Position numbers and translations under genes: made by a program
Assembly: GCA_017619615.1 (NCBI GenBank)
Contig: JAFZRY010000014.1
Span: forward strand, 26,914 to 90,913
Source of the DNA: Lachnospiraceae bacterium
Lineage (GTDB): Bacteria; Bacillota; Clostridia; Lachnospirales; Lachnospiraceae
Direction of reading: 5' to 3'
DNA length: 64,000 nucleotides
Notes under the pieces: generated by a model
Told to the model about the DNA's origin: nothing
Seen by the model: the letters and a program-made list of their open reading frames with translations, nothing else
The model's database searches: none
Shown: positions 27,311 through 42,070 of the stretch, piece by piece
How the letters are laid out: the number at the start of each line of letters is the position of its first letter
Position numbering within the stretch: position 1 is the stretch's first letter

Positions 27311-30300
27311 ATGAAACGGAGACACATCATCCAAAAAATCACGGCGCTGCTGCTGGCGCTGACGCTTTTACTTACGGCCTGCGGGCCGGAGCGGCCGCCG
27401 GTAACGATATCCCCTACGAATCCCGTTGTGACCACCACCGCCGCGCAGGACGTCACCGAACCGTCCACAGACCCTGCCGAGACCACCTCCGCCGACTGGC
27501 GCGCCGAAGCCCGCGGCCTCTCCGACGAGCCTGAAGAACTCCCTGAATGGCCTTACCACAGCGAAGCCCTGGACTTCTCCCCCGCCGAGGGCATCCGCAT
27601 CAAGGCCGAAGCCGGCGCTCTGTACGATGACACGGAGATCACTCTGACCCCCGTCACGGAGGACGATGGGCGCCTGCTTCAGCTGGCGGAGGATTTCGAC
27701 ACCTACGGCGAGCCGGTGATCGGTATCTGGGAGGTCCACGCGGGCCTGGAGCCGGACGAGCACCTGCCCGGGACCTACACGGTCTCCTTCGACCTGGCCG
27801 CCCTCGACGTGGACGAGTCCCTCTGGCCCGCCGTGCGCCTCTACCGCCTCGCAGACGACGATACGCTGACGGCCTACAGTACCAAACTGGAGGGCGGCAT
27901 TCTGTCCTATACCACCTCCCAGAATAGCATCACTTTTGCCACCATATGCGAAGCCATTCTAGCTTCAATATCGCCGGCCATCCCGATCTATGAAATCATC
28001 TCACAGTACGGCGTGGACTATCTCCGCCAGGAGACGGAATACGGCAATTTCCTGATCAAATGGCCCGTGAAGGACGTGGATCCGAAGCAGCAGGAAAAAT
28101 GGGAGAAGATGCGGACCATAACCGCCAAACACAAAGCGGTCGCGCAGAAAGATTACGAGAAGGAAGCCAAGGATTTGGAAAAGGCGGAGATTTTTATCCG
28201 GATTTTCCGTGCAAACAAATCCGTGGAAAAGCGCACCCTTGAATACCTGCAAAAAGATGAAGAATTCGTCAAGCTGGTCCAGTCCATCAAAGTTCCGGAA
28301 CTGATCGAGGCCGTGTCGGAAGCCGTCCGCACCGCTTATGAGTACCTGGGCGGCTGGTGTCTGACGCGCATGCCCGGACACGAGGTCACCTTCTACGTCA
28401 AGCGTATGAACGAGAAGAACAGGGAACCCGCGTACGGTTATTCCGTGACGCCCCCGATAGGGGAAAGCTACATCGAAATCAATCTGGATCTGATCATCGA
28501 ACTGCTGGAAGGCGGTACGAAGGGGACTGAGACCAAGGACAACATGCTCCTGACGGTCACTCACGAACTCTTCCACATCTGCCAGCAGGAATACCATACC
28601 CGGTACGGCACTGACAGCGACCGCTTTGACGAGATGACGGCCCTGCTCGTGGAGGAGGAGGCCAAAACCTGGTATACGCGTCACGAGATCATCACTACGA
28701 ATCCGGCGCTCACCCGGACCGATTACTGGTCGACCCTGCGCCTGCCGATCGATGCGATTCCCTCGTACAGCAGTCAGGTGGTTGACATCGCCCACCCGTC
28801 CCAGGCCGTCAGCAGTCTGGTCCTGCGGCATCAGGGGTATCTGCTTTCCGATCTCGTGCGGTATCTGCGGGAAAAGACCGGCGAATACGTGAGTGGTGTC
28901 CATCTCTACCGTTGCCGCAGCTACTACTCCACGCCGGTGACTTCCAAACCGTTGATGGCGGCGTTCAAACTGTCGGAAGTGCAGTTCGACAAGTATTTCC
29001 GCCAGTTCTGCATCACGCACTGGAAAGACTTCATCACCGGTTACGTCACGGAAGGAGAATACAATCCCTATCCCGAACTGAGCCTGAAAAAAGACGAAGG
29101 CGTCCACGTGAGCCTGTCCACGGAAGGCAGCTATACCGCCGGCGTCCGCTGCTTCTATATATATGAGCCAAAGGCTCTGCCGCTTCTGATGGTCGTGGAC
29201 GAAAACCGGGCCGCAGAGCACCCGGAGGCGGAGATCGTGTGCGGGGAAAAGAGTATTTCCACGCGGAACGGCGCATATATGCCCGGACCGGAAAAATATG
29301 TCGGCCGTTCTCAGAACCGCCGCCTGTTCCTGGAGATCTACGGGAAAGTGGGACCGAATATCGGCACGGAAAGCGGTTATACGGTCTGGGCCCTGGACGA
29401 ACCCGACGCCCCCGTACTGGAATGCGCGGACGGCAGCCTGACCGTGAAGTTCCCGGAGCCGCGCGGCGCGGCCAAAGCAGGCCTGATGGACGGCCTGCTC
29501 CTGAAGGTCGTTTCCGATGACGGGAAAGAAACGGAGTGGAAATACAGCGAACTTTATTTCGGCAAGAGCATTACTATTCCCCTGCAGGAACTGCTGAATG
29601 AGGGCACGGACAAGGCCACGCTCACCGTGAGCTTCGCGGAATTCGTGTACAGCAAGAAAAATGAAACGTGTCCGGGCCTCTATTCGAAGGAAGTGAAGAT
29701 TCCCGTGGATTACAGTGTGAAAGGCCAGGCCTACCGCTTTAATTCCGACACACTGGTGATGGTTCCCCAGGTGCAGGTGTTTCCGGCCCTGCGGGACGCC
29801 CTTGAAAACTCTACGCTGTATCTGAGCGAAGACGGCTCCTTCACCGTTTCCGGCACCGGCCGGGCCGCCCGGACGCCGGAGAATGAGCAGGGTACCGCGG
29901 AGGGCTTCGCTACGGCCAGTTTCACCATCAAAGGTCAGTACGACATGAAGACCGGCACGGGGACCGCGACCATTTCCGGCACCGTCCGGGACGATGAAGT
30001 CTACCAGGAAGTCTGGGAAAGAGAGGAGTCAGCTTCCGGGACGGACAGTGAAGGACGTCCTTATAAGCTGACCCATATCGAGAAGACCTATATTGAGGAG
30101 AAAACGAATTTCATCTTCACGTTCTCCGGGACCGGCCAGGTGAGTGCGGTGGATGCGAACCTGCATCCGGGCGTTGATGGCCTGATCCTGACATTTGCCA
30201 CACACTGGACCCGCAGCGGGGCATGGGAGTCCTGGAAATGGACCGTCAAAGACTGGTTCGGTTCCCCGGACTACGAAGGACATGAGGAAACGGAACGAAA

Positions 30301-30424
30301 ACTGGTCGATGAAGACCGCAGCAAGGATCCATGGGACGAGACCCTGCAGTTCTGCTGGACCATCGGTGAGTATAAAGCGATCCTTGATCCTTTCCCCACT
30401 TCTCACGGGCCCATGGGCTACTGA
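27311..30424 (+). CDS. Large (1037 aa) lipoprotein with one HExxH zinc-metalloprotease motif; otherwise uncharacterised
   Basis: Signal peptide plus lipobox LLLTAC; Thr/Pro-rich linker; LLTVTHELFHICQQEYH followed by DEMTALLVEEEA about 20-30 residues downstream; long beta-rich C-terminal part. Confidence 0.7.
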   Translation: MKRRHIIQKITALLLALTLLLTACGPERPPVTISPTNPVVTTTAAQDVTEPSTDPAETTSADWRAEARGLSDEPEELPEWPYHSEALDFSPAEGIRIKAEAGALYDDTEITLTPVTEDDGRLLQLAEDFDTYGEPVIGIWEVHAGLEPDEHLPGTYTVSFDLAALDVDESLWPAVRLYRLADDDTLTAYSTKLEGGILSYTTSQNSITFATICEAILASISPAIPIYEIISQYGVDYLRQETEYGNFLIKWPVKDVDPKQQEKWEKMRTITAKHKAVAQKDYEKEAKDLEKAEIFIRIFRANKSVEKRTLEYLQKDEEFVKLVQSIKVPELIEAVSEAVRTAYEYLGGWCLTRMPGHEVTFYVKRMNEKNREPAYGYSVTPPIGESYIEINLDLIIELLEGGTKGTETKDNMLLTVTHELFHICQQEYHTRYGTDSDRFDEMTALLVEEEAKTWYTRHEIITTNPALTRTDYWSTLRLPIDAIPSYSSQVVDIAHPSQAVSSLVLRHQGYLLSDLVRYLREKTGEYVSGVHLYRCRSYYSTPVTSKPLMAAFKLSEVQFDKYFRQFCITHWKDFITGYVTEGEYNPYPELSLKKDEGVHVSLSTEGSYTAGVRCFYIYEPKALPLLMVVDENRAAEHPEAEIVCGEKSISTRNGAYMPGPEKYVGRSQNRRLFLEIYGKVGPNIGTESGYTVWALDEPDAPVLECADGSLTVKFPEPRGAAKAGLMDGLLLKVVSDDGKETEWKYSELYFGKSITIPLQELLNEGTDKATLTVSFAEFVYSKKNETCPGLYSKEVKIPVDYSVKGQAYRFNSDTLVMVPQVQVFPALRDALENSTLYLSEDGSFTVSGTGRAARTPENEQGTAEGFATASFTIKGQYDMKTGTGTATISGTVRDDEVYQEVWEREESASGTDSEGRPYKLTHIEKTYIEEKTNFIFTFSGTGQVSAVDANLHPGVDGLILTFATHWTRSGAWESWKWTVKDWFGSPDYEGHEETERKLVDEDRSKDPWDETLQFCWTIGEYKAILDPFPTSHGPMGY

Positions 30425-30459
30425 CGCCGGAAAAACCAGGCAGGCATATCTGAAAGACA

Positions 30460-30491
30460 AAAATGACAGGGGACGCACCCCCTGTCATTTT
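30460..30491. terminator. Perfect 13-bp palindrome of the TGACAGGGG…CCCCTGTCA type; bidirectional terminator
   Basis: AAAATGACAGGGG-acgcac-CCCCTGTCATTTT between convergent lipoprotein genes. Confidence 0.75.
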
Positions 30492-30514
30492 TCCGTTGGC
30501 GGACAGGCTTATGG

Positions 30515-31672
30515 TTACGGCAGCGGATACTGTTCGATGATCCACTCTTTCCAGGCGCCGAACGCGGTGTCGTAGTCCGTGCCGAAGGATTCCTCGAACG
30601 TGTTCTGCCCGAAGACGAAGCGGGCCAGCGGGGCGGGGCCATGCTGCTCGTCGAGCCAGGCGACGAAGGAGGCGGCCATGAAGGCGCTCAGGTCGTCGTC
30701 GCCGGAGTTGACCTTGTTGGAGCCGACGCGGCTGTACACGGGCTCGGCGGTGACGGGGAGGCTTTCGCAGACGGCGCCCCAGTGGGTGAGGCCGTTTTCG
30801 AAGGCGTAGCGGGCCACGGCGTCATAGAACGTGCGGAATTGCGACGGGGCCAGGACGCCGCTGTTCAGGCCCGCGCGCACGCAGACCGGGGTGTAGAGGA
30901 CGTCGGAGGCGGGGTCGATGACGGGGATCCGCTGCAGTTCGCAGTAAGGATCGAGGCACGTGGCGAGGTACCAGACGTAGCCGAGCTGCTCCCAGCCGGT
31001 GTTGCCTTTTTCCATGAGGGCGGTCAGCCAGTAGAATTCGCGGTGGTCGATGCTGATGGTGTCGACGGCGATCCGCTCGCTGTTTTTCTTGAATCCGTCC
31101 CGTATGGTGCTTTTGAACTGCCATTTGACGGGGAGATCCGCCGCCGCCGGGTAAGCGTCACCCGCGTTTTCTTTCAGGTAAGAACGGAGGAAGGAGAGGC
31201 TTTGGCCGCAGCGGGCGATAAAGGCGGGCAGGCCGTCCGGGATATCGATATTGTGCCGGCTCAGGAGCTGTACGCCGGCGATGATGGTGAAATCATCGTC
31301 GTCCACCTGGAGCAGGCCGGGGTTGTCCGCGGCAGGGAAGACCAGGGATTCGTAGTCGTCCGTCCCGGTGACGTACCAGGTGCGGGTGTCCGGGTCGTAG
31401 GTGACGGGGGAGAGAGGTTCGGTCGCGGGCTCGGATGTGGCGGGCTCGGTAACAGGTTCGGCGGTGGTCGGTTCGGCCGTGAACGGTTCGGTCGCAGGCT
31501 CAGTAACCGGCTCAACAGCGGTAGTTGCCGGCTCTGTGGCAGGAACCGTCGTTTCCGCCGTCTTCGAAGGCTCCGTCGTCCCGGACGGCGTACCGCCTCC
31601 CTCGGTGCATCCGCTCAGCAGCAGCGCCGCCAGCAGGCAGAAAACGATGAGCCTGATACGGTTTTTCATCAT
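30515..31672 (-). CDS. Lipoprotein (385 aa) with (EP[AV]TEP)n linker; uncharacterised
   Basis: MMKNRIRLIVFCLLAALLLSGC lipobox; repeated TEPATEP/EPVTEP linker; globular C-terminal domain with no motif I recognise. Start at the MM pair with AGAGG RBS. Confidence 0.65.
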   Translation of the reverse strand: MMKNRIRLIVFCLLAALLLSGCTEGGGTPSGTTEPSKTAETTVPATEPATTAVEPVTEPATEPFTAEPTTAEPVTEPATSEPATEPLSPVTYDPDTRTWYVTGTDDYESLVFPAADNPGLLQVDDDDFTIIAGVQLLSRHNIDIPDGLPAFIARCGQSLSFLRSYLKENAGDAYPAAADLPVKWQFKSTIRDGFKKNSERIAVDTISIDHREFYWLTALMEKGNTGWEQLGYVWYLATCLDPYCELQRIPVIDPASDVLYTPVCVRAGLNSGVLAPSQFRTFYDAVARYAFENGLTHWGAVCESLPVTAEPVYSRVGSNKVNSGDDDLSAFMAASFVAWLDEQHGPAPLARFVFGQNTFEESFGTDYDTAFGAWKEWIIEQYPLP

Positions 31673-31744
31673 TACAGATACCTCTTTCACAAAGGGCGGG
31701 CCTTTCGGTCCGCCCTCGCGTTTTGTCCTGCGGCGAACCGGGCT

Positions 31745-35278
<3,534 letters not shown>

Positions 35279-35344
35279 AGTGATATGATTCCTTTTCGAT
35301 CAAAAAAGATTTTTGGAAAGCACGAAAATTCTTATCAAAAAATC

Positions 35345-35373
35345 ATTATAGATGATTCGAAACGGAAATTCAA
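35345..35373 (-). promoter_or_regulatory. Putative PFOR promoter TTGAAT-N17-TATAAT (minus strand)
   Basis: Reverse complement read directly; leaves a ~65-nt AU-rich leader. Confidence 0.55.
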
Positions 35374-35386
35374 CACGTGGAGCCAT

Positions 35387-35416
35387 AAAAAAAGAGGGAC
35401 GCGCGGGGCGTCCCTC
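35387..35416 (-). terminator. Intrinsic terminator of the 180-aa lipoprotein gene
   Basis: GAGGGACGC/GCGTCCCTC stem followed on the minus strand by T7. Confidence 0.75.
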
Positions 35417-35439
35417 CGTGACCGTCCGGGTGCGGCGGC

Positions 35440-35982
35440 TTATTTGCCCACCAGCGGAGTCAGGAATTCGTTCAGCTTTTCGCTGAGGCTGTGATCCCAG
35501 TCCCCGGGCTTTTCCGTGAGGATGACCAGGATCTTGTTGTTGCCGGACAGAACGTCGGAGATCACCTTGGGGAGCCGCTCCATCGCGCGGTCGGCGTCAA
35601 TCCCGTTGCTGATGGACTGGTTGAAACGGTAGTAGTTGCCGTCTTTCACGCCGAAGATGACATACATGTCGAGGGACTTGTCCGCATCGGCTTCGCCTTC
35701 AAAGGTGATCTGGGTCTTGTCCGTGAAGGTAAGTCCTTTGCCCGATTCCACGGCTTGGCCGTCGACCTTGACCGCAAAGTTCTTGATCGCGTCCGTCACG
35801 TGGATGTCAAAATAGATCTCTCCGTCCTTCACGAAGGGGATCAGGTCGAAGTGTTCCTCTATGGCGTCCGTGGTCGCGGCCGGAGTCGTGGCCGGCTGGG
35901 TCGGGGCCGGCGAGGCCGAACACGCGGCCAGGGAAACGACCATCAGGAGACATAACAGCAGGGCAGCAGTTTTTTTCATCAT
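35440..35982 (-). CDS. Small lipoprotein (180 aa), uncharacterised
   Basis: MMKKTAALLLCLLMVVSLAAC lipobox; AAGGAG RBS. Confidence 0.7.
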   Translation of the reverse strand: MMKKTAALLLCLLMVVSLAACSASPAPTQPATTPAATTDAIEEHFDLIPFVKDGEIYFDIHVTDAIKNFAVKVDGQAVESGKGLTFTDKTQITFEGEADADKSLDMYVIFGVKDGNYYRFNQSISNGIDADRAMERLPKVISDVLSGNNKILVILTEKPGDWDHSLSEKLNEFLTPLVGK

Positions 35983-36149
35983 GTTATTTCTCCTTGCATT
36001 CTCTTCTGAAAAGGAACTGCGCCGGCCCGCGGTGCGGGGGCGGTTTCTTTCCGCTTTTCTAGGATAAAGTTTTTTCGGAAAAAGTCAAGAAAAATGTTGA
36101 AAACTGTCCGGGATGCCCGCGCTTTTGCCATTCTTTGCGGCGGGAGATA

Positions 36150-36178
36150 TTGCAAGAGGCGGATTCTTATGGTATACT
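36150..36178 (+). promoter_or_regulatory. Putative metG promoter TTGCAA-N17-TATACT
   Basis: Read directly; leader about 70 nt. Confidence 0.55.
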
Positions 36179-36250
36179 TACCCCAAATGCCCGGCAGGGC
36201 TTCTTTGTGTATGCACAAGAAGCGGTCCGGCAGGGAAAAAAGGAGACCAT

Positions 36251-38227
36251 ATGCAGACTTATCCTGACAAACCTTACTATATTACCACCGCCATCGCGTA
36301 CGCCTCCGGCAAGCCGCACATCGGCAACTGCTACGAGATCGTGCTGACCGACGCCATCGCCCGCTTCCGCCGGGCCCAGGGCTACGACGTATTCTTCCAG
36401 ACCGGCACGGACGAGCACGGCCAGAAGATCGAGGAGAAGGCAAAGGCCGCCGGCATGGAGCCCAAGGCGTTCGTGGACAAGATCGCCGGCGACATCCGCG
36501 GGATCTGGGATTCCCTGAACATTTCCTACGACTACTTCGTCCGCACCACGGACGGTTACCATGAAGCCCAGGTACAGAAGATCTTCAAGAAGCTGTATGA
36601 TCAGGGCGACATCTATAAAGGCTCCTACGAAGGCTGGTACTGCGTGCCCGACGAGTCCTTCTTCACGGAATCGCAGGTCACGGACGGCAAGTGCCCGGAC
36701 TGCGGCCGGCCGCTCGTGCGCGCGTCCGAGGAGGCGTATTTCTTCCGCATGAGCAAATACGCGGACCGGCTGATCGCGTATATCAACGAGCACCCCGAAT
36801 TCATCCAGCCCGTCTCCCGCAAGAACGAGATGATGAACAACTTCCTGCTGCCCGGCCTGCAGGACCTGTGCGTGTCCCGCACGTCCTTCAAGTGGGGCAT
36901 CCCGGTGAGCTTCGACGACAAGCACGTGGTCTACGTGTGGCTGGACGCGCTGTCCAACTACATCACCACGCTGGATTATCAGGCGGACGGGGAGAGCGGC
37001 GAGCCGTATAAGAAATACTGGCCCGCGGACGTGCATGTCATCGGCAAGGACATCATCCGCTTCCATACGATCTACTGGCCCATCTTCCTGATGGCGCTCG
37101 GCGAGCCGCTGCCGAAGCAGGTGTTCGGCCATCCCTGGCTGCTGCAGGGTGACGGCAAGATGAGCAAATCCCGCGGCAACGTGCTCTACGCGGACACGCT
37201 GATCGATTTCTTCGGCCTGGACGCGGTGCGCTATTTCGTGCTGCACGAGATGCCGTTCGAAAACGACGGCGTCATCACCTGGGACCTGCTGGTCGAGCGC
37301 ATCAACACCGACCTGGCCAACGTCCTGGGCAACCTGCTGAACCGCACCGTCGCGATGAGCAACAAGTATTTCGGCGGCCGTGTCTGGAAGGCCGGCGTGC
37401 ACGAGCCCGTAGACGAAGAACTGATCGCGATGGCGAAGGAAACGCCCGCTCGCGTGGAAAAAGACATGGCGACCCTGCACGTGGCGGACGCCCTGACGCA
37501 TATCTGGGAGCTGTTCAAGCGCTGCAACAAATACATCGACGAGACCACGCCGTGGGCGCTGGCGAAGGATCCGGAGAAGCAGGACCGCCTGGCCTCCGTG
37601 CTGTATCACCTGGCCGAGGGCCTGACCATCGGCGCCAGCCTGCTGGCCCCGTTCCTGCCCGAAACGGCGGAGAAGATCGTGAAGCAGCTCGGCGCGGAGC
37701 TCCGCCCGTTCGCGCAGCTCGGCGAGTTCGGCCTGCTGCCCGAGACTACAGTGACGGAGACCCCTGAGCAGCTCTTTGCCCGTCTGGACCCCGCGGCCGT
37801 GATGAAGCGCGTGAACGAACTGTTCCCCGCCCCGGCCGAAGAGCCCGCGCCCGCGGAAGCGGAAAAGCCCGCGGAGGAGCCCGCGCTCCTCACCCACAAG
37901 CCTGAGGTAGAGTACGGCGACTTTGAAAAACTGGAGTTCCGCGTCGGCACCGTCCTGGTCTGCGAAGAAGTCCCGAAGTCCCGGAAACTGCTCCGGTTTG
38001 AGATCGATTTCGGCGGCGAGAAGCGCCAGATCGTCTCCGGCATCAAAGCCTGGTACAAGCCGGAAGAACTGGTCGGCAAACAGGTCATGGCCATCGTGAA
38101 CTTAAAGCCCGCGAAGCTGGCGGGCCTGATCTCCGAAGGCATGCTGCTGTCCGCAGAAGACGCGGAGGGGAACCTGTCCCTGATGACCGTGGGACGGCCT
38201 GTGGGCGCCGGCGCCGAGATCCGGTAA
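36251..38227 (+). CDS. metG: Methionine--tRNA ligase with C-terminal tRNA-binding (EMAP/Trbp111-like) domain
   Basis: HIGN and KMSKS signatures. Start moved to MQTYPDKPYY (AAGGAG RBS). Confidence 0.95.
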   Translation: MQTYPDKPYYITTAIAYASGKPHIGNCYEIVLTDAIARFRRAQGYDVFFQTGTDEHGQKIEEKAKAAGMEPKAFVDKIAGDIRGIWDSLNISYDYFVRTTDGYHEAQVQKIFKKLYDQGDIYKGSYEGWYCVPDESFFTESQVTDGKCPDCGRPLVRASEEAYFFRMSKYADRLIAYINEHPEFIQPVSRKNEMMNNFLLPGLQDLCVSRTSFKWGIPVSFDDKHVVYVWLDALSNYITTLDYQADGESGEPYKKYWPADVHVIGKDIIRFHTIYWPIFLMALGEPLPKQVFGHPWLLQGDGKMSKSRGNVLYADTLIDFFGLDAVRYFVLHEMPFENDGVITWDLLVERINTDLANVLGNLLNRTVAMSNKYFGGRVWKAGVHEPVDEELIAMAKETPARVEKDMATLHVADALTHIWELFKRCNKYIDETTPWALAKDPEKQDRLASVLYHLAEGLTIGASLLAPFLPETAEKIVKQLGAELRPFAQLGEFGLLPETTVTETPEQLFARLDPAAVMKRVNELFPAPAEEPAPAEAEKPAEEPALLTHKPEVEYGDFEKLEFRVGTVLVCEEVPKSRKLLRFEIDFGGEKRQIVSGIKAWYKPEELVGKQVMAIVNLKPAKLAGLISEGMLLSAEDAEGNLSLMTVGRPVGAGAEIR

Positions 38228-38250
38228 ACGGCGGACCGCCGCAGGACGGG

Positions 38251-38313
38251 AAAGCTGACAAAGGAACCGTCCCCCTGTCAGAAAAGCTGACAAAGGAACC
38301 GTCCCCCTGTCAG
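38251..38313. repeat. Tandem pair (period 32 nt) of the 31-nt unit AAAGCTGACAAAGGAACCGTCCCCCTGTCAG
   Basis: Two identical copies at 38251-38281 and 38283-38313, between metG and secA. Confidence 0.85.
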
Positions 38314-38341
38314 GTGAGAAAAGCAATGAGGTAAGGAATAG

Positions 38342-40909
<2,568 letters not shown>

Positions 40910-40942
40910 CGGAACAAACGGCCCGCCGACAAAGGAAACCTT

Positions 40943-42070
40943 ATGGTCGAATTAGACAATTACAAAACCGAACTTGCCGCCCTCAAAGCCCCGCTCCAGG
41001 AAGTCTGGGACTCCCTTGACGTAGCCGGTAAGAAGAACCGCATCCTCGAACTGGACAAAATGATGGAGGAGCCGGATTTCTGGAACGACCCGGCCCGTGC
41101 CGCGAAGATCTCCACGGAACTGAAGAACCTGAAGGATACCGTGGCCCAGCTGGAGGGTCTCTCCCGCCAGTACGAGGACATCGAAGTCCTGATCGAAATG
41201 GGGTACGAAGAAGACGACCCCGCCGTCGCCGAAGAAGTGGGCGAACTGCTGGCCGCGCTGAAGGATGAACTGGAAGCGCTGCGCATGGAGACCCTGCTTT
41301 CCGGCGAATTCGACGCGGACAACGCCATCCTGACCCTGCGCGCCGGCGCCGGCGGCACCGAATCCTGCGACTGGTGCTCCATGCTGTACCGCATGTACAC
41401 CCGCTGGGCCGCGAAAAAAGGCTTTGAAGTGGAACTGCTGGACATGCTGGAAGGCGAAGAAGCCGGCATCAAATCCGTCACGATCCAGATCAACGGCTAT
41501 CACGCCTACGGCCTCCTGAAATCCGAGCACGGCGTGCACCGCCTGGTGCGCATCTCGCCGTTCAACGCGGCGGGCAAGCGGGAAACGTCCTTCGTATCCT
41601 GCGACGTGATGCCGGATATCGAGGAGGATCTGGACATCGAGATCCCGGATGACGACATCCGCATCGACGTGTTCCGTTCCAGCGGCGCGGGCGGCCAGAA
41701 GGTCAACAAAACCTCGTCCGCCATCCGCATCACCCACTTCCCCACGGGGATCGTGGTGCAGTGCCAGAACGAACGCTCCCAGTATCAGAATAAAGACAAA
41801 GCCATGCAGATGCTGAAGGCCAAGCTGCTGATCTTAAAGCAGCAGGCCAATCTGGAAAAGGCGGCGGATATCCGCGGCGTGGTTCGGGACAACAACTTCG
41901 GTTCCCAGATCCGCTCCTATGTGCTGCAGCCTTATACCATGGTCAAGGATCTGCGCACGAACGTGGAAACGGGCAATGCCGCCGCCGTGCTGGACGGCGA
42001 CATCGACCGTTTCATTTACGGATTCCTGAAGTTGAAGGCGCTGGAGAAACAGGCGCCGGCTCAGCCTTAA
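40943..42070 (+). CDS. prfB: Peptide chain release factor 2, encoded in a single frame (no +1 frameshift site)
   Basis: SPF tripeptide (RISPFNAAG) and GGQ (SSGAGGQKVNK). The codons at the canonical recoding position read CTT GAC in frame. Confidence 0.93.
   Translation: MVELDNYKTELAALKAPLQEVWDSLDVAGKKNRILELDKMMEEPDFWNDPARAAKISTELKNLKDTVAQLEGLSRQYEDIEVLIEMGYEEDDPAVAEEVGELLAALKDELEALRMETLLSGEFDADNAILTLRAGAGGTESCDWCSMLYRMYTRWAAKKGFEVELLDMLEGEEAGIKSVTIQINGYHAYGLLKSEHGVHRLVRISPFNAAGKRETSFVSCDVMPDIEEDLDIEIPDDDIRIDVFRSSGAGGQKVNKTSSAIRITHFPTGIVVQCQNERSQYQNKDKAMQMLKAKLLILKQQANLEKAADIRGVVRDNNFGSQIRSYVLQPYTMVKDLRTNVETGNAAAVLDGDIDRFIYGFLKLKALEKQAPAQP

Noticed and set aside
35983-36250. T-box or other riboswitch leader upstream of metG
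   Set aside because: A good promoter at 36150-36178 leaves only a ~70-nt leader. That is too short for a T-box, and I see no specifier or antiterminator architecture.
36113-36250. N-terminal extensions proposed by the ORF track (metG from 36113; also 3168, 12675..13961, 15474..16667, 42570, 47931, 55207, 57631..59148, 26265..27197)
   Set aside because: In each case an internal ATG preceded by a GGAGG-type RBS coincides with the conserved N-terminus of the family. The upstream extension is non-homologous sequence overlapping promoter or terminator elements.
38251-38313. Possible CRISPR array or tandem regulatory repeat
   Set aside because: Only two copies, directly adjacent (1-nt gap), with no spacers and no cas genes in the window. 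Better explained as a duplicated REP-like palindrome.
40943-41040. Programmed +1 frameshift site in prfB
   Set aside because: The canonical CTT TGA C context is absent. The corresponding codons read CTT GAC in one continuous frame with no upstream SD-like element, so RF2 is encoded without recoding, as in a minority of bacteria.
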